Shown here piece after piece: positions 57,340-64,000 of a stretch of DNA of 64,000 nt. The DNA is from Candidatus Azotimanducaceae bacterium (lineage in GTDB: Bacteria > Pseudomonadota > Gammaproteobacteria > Pseudomonadales > Azotimanducaceae): the NCBI GenBank assembly GCA_965662805.1, contig CBFIJB010000007.1, positions 81,625 to 145,624 of the forward strand. Reading direction: 5' to 3'. Every line of letters starts with the position of its first letter. Within the stretch, counting starts at the first letter, position 1. Position numbers and translations under genes: made by a program. Under the pieces are notes generated by a model. It did not search any database. It saw only the letters and a program-made list of their open reading frames with translations, and was not told the DNA's origin.

Positions 57340-58068
57340 ATGGGAAGACCATTTTTAGTCATACAACTGCGTCCCGAGGATGAAACCGCAGACGATGAGC
57401 TGGCTGCCATCTGTCGCTACGGTGCTCTGGCCGACCATGAGGTCGAGCGCATACGGGCTGAAGTTGACGGGTTGCCGAACATCGACCTAAAAAAGTACTC
57501 AGGCATCATTGTTGGCGGCAGCCCGTTTGACGTGAGCGCTGAGCACAAGACTGATATTCAGCAAAAGATAAAGCGGGACTTCGCACAACTGTTTGAGCGC
57601 ATCGAGGCGCAGGACTTTCCCTTTCTCGGCTGCTGTTCAGGTAACGGATTACTGGGCCACCATTGTGGGGCGGTTATTTCGAAGAAGTTCGGAGAGCCGG
57701 TAGGCGGCACCTGGGTCAGTCTGACGGATGACGGCAGGACTGATCCGCTGCTGCAAGGATTTCCTGAGCAGTTCCGGGTTCTTCTGGGTCACAAGGAGGC
57801 CTGTGATGATGTGCCACCGGGTACCACGTTGTTGATTAGAGGTGACCGATGCCCGGTGCAGATGTTTCGATTGAAACAGAACGTCTATGCAACACAGTTT
57901 CATCCTGAGGGTGATGTGGCTGGCTTCACTTTGAGAATCAATGTTTATCGGGAGCACGGCTACTTCCACCCTGACGAGGCAGACGCCTTGATCGCCAGTA
58001 TCCAGAACGAACAATTGGCACACGCCAACCTGATTTTGAAAAGATTTGTTGAGAGGTATCGTTTATGA
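57340..58068 (+). CDS. Class I glutamine amidotransferase-like protein
   Basis: Start at ATG 57340. Triad motifs are FLGCCSGNGLL (nucleophile Cys) and ATQFHPE (His-Glu). Confidence 0.8.
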   Translation: MGRPFLVIQLRPEDETADDELAAICRYGALADHEVERIRAEVDGLPNIDLKKYSGIIVGGSPFDVSAEHKTDIQQKIKRDFAQLFERIEAQDFPFLGCCSGNGLLGHHCGAVISKKFGEPVGGTWVSLTDDGRTDPLLQGFPEQFRVLLGHKEACDDVPPGTTLLIRGDRCPVQMFRLKQNVYATQFHPEGDVAGFTLRINVYREHGYFHPDEADALIASIQNEQLAHANLILKRFVERYRL

Positions 58069-59018
58069 GGCGGGAACAGTCCCAGAAACTTCCAGAAGTC
58101 ACGCGGACTTATATCAGTCCGCATCTGGATTCGACTCGCTGGGAAGTCTATTCCCCTCGGGCTGACGACATCATTGTCACGACCTCGTACAAATGTGGTA
58201 CGACATTTACTCAACAGATTCTTTACAACATGCTGGTGCGAAACACGTTCGATGATGAGCAGTTTCCACAGATTGATCAGGCTTCTCCCTGGATTGATGC
58301 ACGTTTTCACCAGGACAGCAAAGACGAGCTCCGCAAAACCCTGGAGGAATTACCACACCGCCGGTTCATTAAAAGTCACTTGCCTTTGGACGGCCTGCCA
58401 TATTTTCCTGAGGCGAAGTACCTCATCGTGGCGCGGGACCCCCGTTATGTATTCATGTCACTGCTTAATCACTATGGCGCCTATACCGACCTGATGTATC
58501 AGCTGCTCCAATGGGAGGGTGAGCCGCAACAGCCGAGGTACGATGGCGATCCCCTGGCACTGTGGCGAAAGTGGATCTCGAAGGGCTGGTTTGCGTGGGA
58601 ACAGGAAGGCTATCCCTTCTGGCAGAACATGGGCCACACCCAGAGTTGCTGGAATTTTGAACATCTGCCTAATTTCATGTTTCTGCATTACTCGGACATG
58701 GTCGGCGATACATCCGCCATTGTTCGCAGGATTGCCGACTTTATCGAGCATCCAATGACCGACGATGATGTTGACGCGGTTACTCGCGCGGTTTCTTTTA
58801 AACGAGTGAAAGAACAGGCGGTTGCCGAGAGCGAAGCAACCAAGGGTCAGCCAGATGCCTTTGCAGGTGGTCAGGCAACCTTTATCAATAAGGGAAGTAA
58901 TGGTCGCTGGCGCGATCTGTTAGGCGAGGAAGAGCTGGCGATGTATCGGACGACCCGGGATAAAGTGCTTACCCCGGATTGTGCCAGATGGCTGGAAGAA
59001 GGCGGCGGGGTCGAATAG
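58065..59018 (+). CDS. PAPS-dependent sulfotransferase-domain protein
   Basis: 5'-PSB-like loop TTSYKCGTTFTQQ, RRFIKSHLP, and the 3'-PB-like FINKGSNGRWRDLL. ATGA overlap with the amidotransferase gene. Confidence 0.8.
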   Translation: MRREQSQKLPEVTRTYISPHLDSTRWEVYSPRADDIIVTTSYKCGTTFTQQILYNMLVRNTFDDEQFPQIDQASPWIDARFHQDSKDELRKTLEELPHRRFIKSHLPLDGLPYFPEAKYLIVARDPRYVFMSLLNHYGAYTDLMYQLLQWEGEPQQPRYDGDPLALWRKWISKGWFAWEQEGYPFWQNMGHTQSCWNFEHLPNFMFLHYSDMVGDTSAIVRRIADFIEHPMTDDDVDAVTRAVSFKRVKEQAVAESEATKGQPDAFAGGQATFINKGSNGRWRDLLGEEELAMYRTTRDKVLTPDCARWLEEGGGVE

Positions 59019-59031
59019 ACCCCGCGACCCG

Positions 59032-60144
59032 TTACTTCATATCCAGTTCTTCAGTTTCACCTTCAACGTGGGCCACGACGCGACGGTTATTCTGTCGGCC
59101 TTCAGGCGTGTCGTTGGTATCGATAGGCTGGCTCTCACCATAGCCGATCGTTGAGACTCTGCTGTCACTGATGTTGAAGCGCTCTGTCAGCATGTCTGCG
59201 ATGGTATTCGCGCGACGCTCAGACAGGTTCTGGTTGTAGGCTTCGGCACCCCTGCTGTCAGTGTGCCCGGACATTGTGACTTTTGAGTCCGGGTATTCAT
59301 TCATCACATCAGCAACCTTCTGTACTTCTGCCACGTGCTCATCACGGGCTTCAGCAGAATCGAAGTCGAATTCCAGGTTCAGTGTGATATCGATTTTGCG
59401 ATCGAGTTTGACATAGCATCCACGACCGTCAATACGGGCATTGCTGTTGGTGGTGTTCGGGCAATCGTCCATATAGTTATAGACACCATCACCATCGTCA
59501 TCTCTCGGGCAACCGCGGCTGTCGACGTCCGCGCCTGCGGGCGTGTTCGGGCACTGATCAGCGCTGTCCATCACGCCATCGCCATCAGCATCACCGTCCT
59601 GGGCAGGCGCTGGTGCTGGTGCAGGGGCTGATGCCTTTCCGAAGGCGTAATGCAGGCCTACAGAAACGGCGGCATTAACAGCATCTTCGTTGTTGCCATG
59701 AAACAGGCGCAGATCACTTCGCAGATGGGCCTGTTCGGTGAATGCCCACTTGAAACCTGCACCAGCATTCACCTGGAACTCATCGTCGTCGCCGACACCA
59801 GGAAGGCTGTATTCACCCTCACCGGCACCAAATGACAGGAAGGGTGTGAAATTGTTGCGGCTTTTCAGGTGGTACAGGGCGCCAAGGTGGTACATATCGA
59901 CATCGATGTCTCCGACACCGGGCGCAACGGAATCTGCCTCACCTTCGAGGTAGGTAAACTCTATGGCCCAGGGATTATCGAAACGATAGCCGATGCCCAG
60001 TCCAATATGACTGTCGTCGTCCAGATCGCTGCTGCCAGAGTAAAATGTCTGACCAATGTGAGGGTAAATAGTAAAACCTTCACCTTCCTCTGCCTGTGTG
60101 GCCATGCTGGAAAGCAGGAAGATGGCAAATAATAGTACGCGCAT
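59032..60144 (-). CDS. OmpA-family outer-membrane protein with thrombospondin-type-3-like Asp-rich repeats
   Basis: Start at ATG 60144, signal peptide MRVLLFAIFLLSSMATQA. Contains DGDADGDGVMDSADQCPNTPAG and DDDGDGVYNYMDDCPNT. OmpA_C motif GHTDSRGAEAYNQNLSERRANTIADML. Confidence 0.88.
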   Translation of the reverse strand: MRVLLFAIFLLSSMATQAEEGEGFTIYPHIGQTFYSGSSDLDDDSHIGLGIGYRFDNPWAIEFTYLEGEADSVAPGVGDIDVDMYHLGALYHLKSRNNFTPFLSFGAGEGEYSLPGVGDDDEFQVNAGAGFKWAFTEQAHLRSDLRLFHGNNEDAVNAAVSVGLHYAFGKASAPAPAPAPAQDGDADGDGVMDSADQCPNTPAGADVDSRGCPRDDDGDGVYNYMDDCPNTTNSNARIDGRGCYVKLDRKIDITLNLEFDFDSAEARDEHVAEVQKVADVMNEYPDSKVTMSGHTDSRGAEAYNQNLSERRANTIADMLTERFNISDSRVSTIGYGESQPIDTNDTPEGRQNNRRVVAHVEGETEELDMK

Positions 60145-60225
60145 GTGTTTGTCTCTGATTTCTCGCGGCAATACTGCCTTCTTTTCCCGGCTGATGGAAG
60201 AAATGAATTGTAAAGGACGAATCCC

Positions 60226-60999
60226 CTATCTTTTGTCGATCACGGTGTATTCCTTGCCAAAGAATATCGTTGATCGCGCCATATCGATGAAATTGTGCTC
60301 ATCGGCAATAAAAGCAGCGTTTGCATCCCTGGATTCACGGGTTCCGGGCAAAGCACCGTGATCTACCCAGGCCTCGGCGTGCCCCAGGTAAGACTCTACC
60401 TGAGTGCCCCGTGCCTTCTGTATTCCGTCATCCATGGGTGAATTCGCTCGATGTACCTGTCGGTAACACAGGCTGCCGGTAGCCGCTCCATGAGCTCTCA
60501 CGATTGGCCCGTGGTGGGTTAACCAGTAGTGCCGGGCTTCTTCTTCCGTCAGTTCTGATTTGTGTCGAAGTGGGAAGAACACCCGGACGATGTTTGATTT
60601 CTCCCGCGCGACCACGTTTTCCGGGGAGGGATTGATCTGTGGATACTCGTAAGCAAACCAGAGAGGTGAGTTAGGCAGGTCAATAATTTTCGCCTCGTCC
60701 TCAAGCAGTGCAGCGCTGGCTTTTTTTGAAGCTTCAGTCTGCATGTTTTCCATCAAGGCGCGCTCGTCTTCCCACCAGAGTTCGGCAACACCGTCATACT
60801 CCGCTTCCATATCGCCCCGTGCCTTCTGCACAGCCTCGTTGGCCGGGTCTGTCAGCGTATGAGTCTGTACGTAACGATGGATGTTCAGGTCAGTGGAGAA
60901 GCTGGCAACCAGGGGGGCGTGTTGGTTACGCCAGTAATCCTGGAACGCGTCACGGGACAACCCTGATTTTCGACGCAGCGCGAAGACGAGTCTGATCAT
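60226..60999 (-). CDS. Tandem EthD-domain protein
   Basis: Start at ATG 60999. The two halves begin MIRLVFALRRKSGLSRDAFQDYWRNQHAPLV and IVRVFFPLRHKSELTEEEARHYWLTHHGPIV. Confidence 0.7.
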   Translation of the reverse strand: MIRLVFALRRKSGLSRDAFQDYWRNQHAPLVASFSTDLNIHRYVQTHTLTDPANEAVQKARGDMEAEYDGVAELWWEDERALMENMQTEASKKASAALLEDEAKIIDLPNSPLWFAYEYPQINPSPENVVAREKSNIVRVFFPLRHKSELTEEEARHYWLTHHGPIVRAHGAATGSLCYRQVHRANSPMDDGIQKARGTQVESYLGHAEAWVDHGALPGTRESRDANAAFIADEHNFIDMARSTIFFGKEYTVIDKR

Positions 61000-61045
61000 G
61001 CCTTTTCTCCCTCTTATTATTGTTCTTCGGGAGAAGATACCCGAA

Positions 61046-63229
61046 TCAGAACAGATGCCCAACTCGGGTAAACAGATTGACATCACCCCCATCGGTGGCA
61101 CCGATACCAATCTGGAATGGACCCACAGGCGTGTCCATGCCAAACCAGAGGCTGCCTGACGTAATCGAATCGCTGCCCAGCATGTCACTGCGCTCCTCGT
61201 AGATACCACCATATTCGAGAAGGCCGCCGATATAGCCGCTCAAAAATGGTGCGGGTGTGTACTCTTTATAGTAGTAGGCCTGTACCACGGCAAGGTGTGG
61301 TCCGATGAGCTGGTTTCGTTTCAGACCCAGCAGGGTGGGACCCCCGCCGGCGGTAAACAGGCCACCTACAGTGCCTTCTCCTTCGGTGGTGCCGGACTGC
61401 ATGGCGAAGACGAATCGATGATTTTTAAAGGGGATGAAGTGCGCAAGGCTCAGTCCGTAGCGCTCGTATTGTTCATCTGCGCCAAGACCTTCCAGCGAGG
61501 TTCGAGCCATGACATTGACGTATGAGCCACTGTCAGGGAAGTACCTGTCGTTCAGGGAGTCATAGCGATACTGCGCCCAGATGCCTCCATCGGAGTAGTC
61601 GGGTTCAGGATTTCTCGGGTCGCCGACGAGGAGATCGGCCTCACCCTCGAGGCGGTCGAACCCCAGCGTGAAAGCGGATCGCCTGCTGAACTCCCAACCG
61701 AGTCCGCCGGCAACGTAAGCATCCAGTATCCTGTAGTCTGCAATCTTGTCGTTATCGTCCGGTAGGTAAATTGCCTGATCATTCCGCTTGAACCCGGCGG
61801 ACACCATGGCGAAGGGCCCCAGTGAATGTGACAGAGGCAGGTAAAGGTGTGTCTCCAGACCGGGTTCATCACCCACCGTTGCCCAACTGGTCCAGATGGC
61901 ACCCTTGTCGGTGACCTCTTCCTTTGAGTAGCCTACTGAGAAGTTGACCAGGCTGTCGCCTGCCAGATCACCTTCCAGGTCCAGCCCGAGATACAGATAA
62001 TTTGGGCCCCAGCTCTTGGCAGCAGCATCCAGATTGATGTCCACGCCGTCGGATGTGTGATCCAGTGAGTAGCTCACAGACTGAAAATTGCCAAGGGCGA
62101 ACACGTCGTTAAGGTCCTGATCCATCCGATCGAGATCGAGTGTTGAGCCGGATCTGGTGCCGATCCATTCCTGCAGAACTTCATCTTTCAGACCTGAGTT
62201 GTTGGTCAAAGTCACTTTTCCAACCCTCGGAGCGTCGGGCCTGACCTTTTTTCGGTCTGCCAGGTGCTGAGCAAATTCGGCAGGCGGCAATGCGAGTCTG
62301 CGCAACCCTTTCATCTGACGAAGCGCTTCCTGTTCAACGATAGGGATAATCATCTGGGCATCGTTGAAATCAGCAGCAGAGTAATCGCCAATCGGTGGTT
62401 CTATCAGAAAGTCGATTTCTGTCAGCATGCTGCGACTTTCCTTGGAGTTCACGCCGGTAAGAATGCGGGTTAACTGATCTGTGATGTCGAGAATATTGTT
62501 CACGTCCTCCTTACCTCTAAGAGGAGAACTGATATCGACGGCAATGACGATCTCCGCGCCCATGGCTCGGACGACATCAACGGGCAGGTTGTTGGTGAGG
62601 CCGCCGTCCACGAGCAGCAAATCCTGGATGCTGGTTGGTGCAAAGATACTCGGCACGGCCATGCTGGCACGCATCGAAACTGCCAGGTCACCGCTGTCCA
62701 GAACCACCATGGCTCCTTCAACAATGTCTGTGGCCACCGCATTGAACGGAATTGGCAGTTCTGAAAAATCATGAATATGTGTGACGTGGCTGGTCAGTCG
62801 TTGAAGCTCCGGCAGGATCTTCTGACCCTGGATCAGGCCCTGGGGCAGAACCAGTTCTCCATTATCCAGACCTGGACGGCCCGAGACGGAGAACTGTGCT
62901 TCGGTAACTTTCCGGATAATCTGTTTATCTGACCTGGAAGGCGCATCAGAAAGCTTGTCGTTCCAGTCCATGGAGACAAGGTCTTCTTCGATCTCCTGAG
63001 CGCTTAAACCACTGGCGTAAAGTCCCCCGACAATAGAGCCCATGCTGGTTCCGGCGATATAGTCGATCGGGATGTGGTTGTCTTCCAGAGCCTTCAGAAC
63101 GCCGATATGAGCCGCGCCGCGAGCACCGCCGCCGCTGAGCACGAGTCCTATTTTGTGTCTCTCCGCGAGCGTGTGGCAACTTGCTATCAGACCAATCAAT
63201 AGCGTGAGTCCTGAGAACCATCGTGACAT
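61046..63229 (-). CDS. PlpD-like patatin phospholipase fused to POTRA/Omp85 beta-barrel (type Vd autotransporter architecture)
   Basis: 727 aa with a signal peptide. Patatin motifs are GLVLSGGGARGAAHIGV, GTSMGS (GxSxG) and VDGG. The C-terminal beta-barrel ends ...NLFTRVGHLF. Confidence 0.85.
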   Translation of the reverse strand: MSRWFSGLTLLIGLIASCHTLAERHKIGLVLSGGGARGAAHIGVLKALEDNHIPIDYIAGTSMGSIVGGLYASGLSAQEIEEDLVSMDWNDKLSDAPSRSDKQIIRKVTEAQFSVSGRPGLDNGELVLPQGLIQGQKILPELQRLTSHVTHIHDFSELPIPFNAVATDIVEGAMVVLDSGDLAVSMRASMAVPSIFAPTSIQDLLLVDGGLTNNLPVDVVRAMGAEIVIAVDISSPLRGKEDVNNILDITDQLTRILTGVNSKESRSMLTEIDFLIEPPIGDYSAADFNDAQMIIPIVEQEALRQMKGLRRLALPPAEFAQHLADRKKVRPDAPRVGKVTLTNNSGLKDEVLQEWIGTRSGSTLDLDRMDQDLNDVFALGNFQSVSYSLDHTSDGVDINLDAAAKSWGPNYLYLGLDLEGDLAGDSLVNFSVGYSKEEVTDKGAIWTSWATVGDEPGLETHLYLPLSHSLGPFAMVSAGFKRNDQAIYLPDDNDKIADYRILDAYVAGGLGWEFSRRSAFTLGFDRLEGEADLLVGDPRNPEPDYSDGGIWAQYRYDSLNDRYFPDSGSYVNVMARTSLEGLGADEQYERYGLSLAHFIPFKNHRFVFAMQSGTTEGEGTVGGLFTAGGGPTLLGLKRNQLIGPHLAVVQAYYYKEYTPAPFLSGYIGGLLEYGGIYEERSDMLGSDSITSGSLWFGMDTPVGPFQIGIGATDGGDVNLFTRVGHLF

Positions 63230-63299
63230 GTTAAGTGGCCTGGGATCTGAAAAGCCGATGAGCTTAGCCCTGGGTGATTAGCCGTGCAATAATTCGACG

Positions 63300-64000
63300 A
63301 TGTCGCGCCTGCTGTTCCTTTTTTTATTTGTCTTAGTCTGTTCCTGTGCCCGTGGAGCTGTGTTCGAAGAGCATCGTGCTTATGCATTTGCAAATGACAC
63401 TAACTACGCTTACCTGCTTGAGCTGGGTGATGATACATTGCTCGCTCGAATCAATCTGATCCGGGAAGCTCGACAAACGATTGAGATACAGACCTTTATC
63501 TGGGCGGCAGATGAAACCGGTACATTTCTGTTCTGGGAATTGTATAAAGCCGCAGGGCGGGGCGTTCGTGTTCGACTGTTGATTGATGACCTGTCATTGA
63601 GGGGTCACGCCAGGATCGTCCCGATACTCGCGGTACTGCACGACAATATAGAGATACGTCATTACAACCCGCTGCATGAAGATATTGATATTGGTGCCCT
63701 GAAAACCATCGGCCGGTTCACCTTTCAGTTCGGGAAAGCGAACCATCGGATGCACAACAAGGTTGTGATTGTTGATGGCCACTATGGTATTACCGGTGGT
63801 CGAAACTATCAGAACGATTACTACGATCGCGGCACTAATCGAACGTTCAAGGACAGAGATATCCTGGTTATCGGTCCGGTCGTGACGGACATGCGCGTGT
63901 CATTCGAGGAATACTGGGCGAACGAGCGATCCGTTCGCAGCAAGGATATGCGTGATGTTCGAGCGGCGATCGAGGCTGTCCAGGTTGAGCGTTTTGATGG
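63300..64000 (+). CDS. Phospholipase D-family (HKD) protein, N-terminal part; continues beyond window end
   Basis: The frame is open from ATG 63300 to the window edge, which is why it is absent from the ORF track. Hydrophobic N-terminus MSRLLFLFLFVLVCSCA. HKD motif NHRMHNKVVIVDGHYGITGGRN. Confidence 0.8.
   Translation, partial: MSRLLFLFLFVLVCSCARGAVFEEHRAYAFANDTNYAYLLELGDDTLLARINLIREARQTIEIQTFIWAADETGTFLFWELYKAAGRGVRVRLLIDDLSLRGHARIVPILAVLHDNIEIRHYNPLHEDIDIGALKTIGRFTFQFGKANHRMHNKVVIVDGHYGITGGRNYQNDYYDRGTNRTFKDRDILVIGPVVTDMRVSFEEYWANERSVRSKDMRDVRAAIEAVQVERFD

Noticed and set aside
1-64000. Search for mobile elements, prophage, defence islands and RNA genes
   Set aside because: I found no transposase, integrase, reverse transcriptase, restriction/modification, toxin-antitoxin or cas-like ORF. 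No tRNA-like cloverleaf or rRNA lies in the few intergenic regions over 150 bp (19636-19858, 22207-22494, 40534-40818, 51178-51409). No obvious compositional break was visible by eye.

Overview
This 64-kb window reads as ordinary, densely packed chromosomal DNA. By gene content it probably comes from a marine, lipid- and aromatic-degrading gammaproteobacterium, but that assignment is inference only. I can support about 58 protein-coding genes. I see no rRNA, tRNA, CRISPR array, transposase, integrase, phage gene or recognisable defence gene.

Main content:
- a sulfatase plus PafA-like phosphatase pair
- gap-ppx
- a rimK module
- a tight icd-SDR-kinase-MFS-MFS string
- several acyl-CoA dehydrogenase and enoyl-CoA hydratase genes
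- a class III PHA locus (phasin, phaE-phaC, MaoC-like pair)
- a TetR-controlled aromatic-type catabolic cluster
- a TonB-dependent receptor
- several outer-membrane and lipoprotein operons
- a molybdoenzyme, mltF, and a sulfotransferase
- a PlpD-like type Vd patatin autotransporter next to a PLD-family gene

I did not find a convincing novel multi-gene system. The signals most worth a second look are:
1. Two separate promoter regions carry four 13-bp-phased repeats sharing the core TTGTCCA, in the same orientation and at the same distance from the downstream start codon. Two other promoter-proximal tandem repeats also occur.
2. Interrupted envelope genes are unusually frequent: a frameshifted sulfatase, an in-frame TGA in the PafA-like phosphatase, an in-frame TAG splitting a CadD-like transporter, and a junction where a convergent MscS-like gene and a Big_2 lipoprotein gene both lose their 3' ends.
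3. Several unusual domain architectures occur: RimK with a TrkA_C domain, a porin with an amidohydrolase-like N-terminal domain, an exported Hsp20-like lipoprotein, and a short PhaE-like subunit with a Lys/Pro-rich tail.

All functional calls rest on motifs read by eye from the translations. No database search was run.
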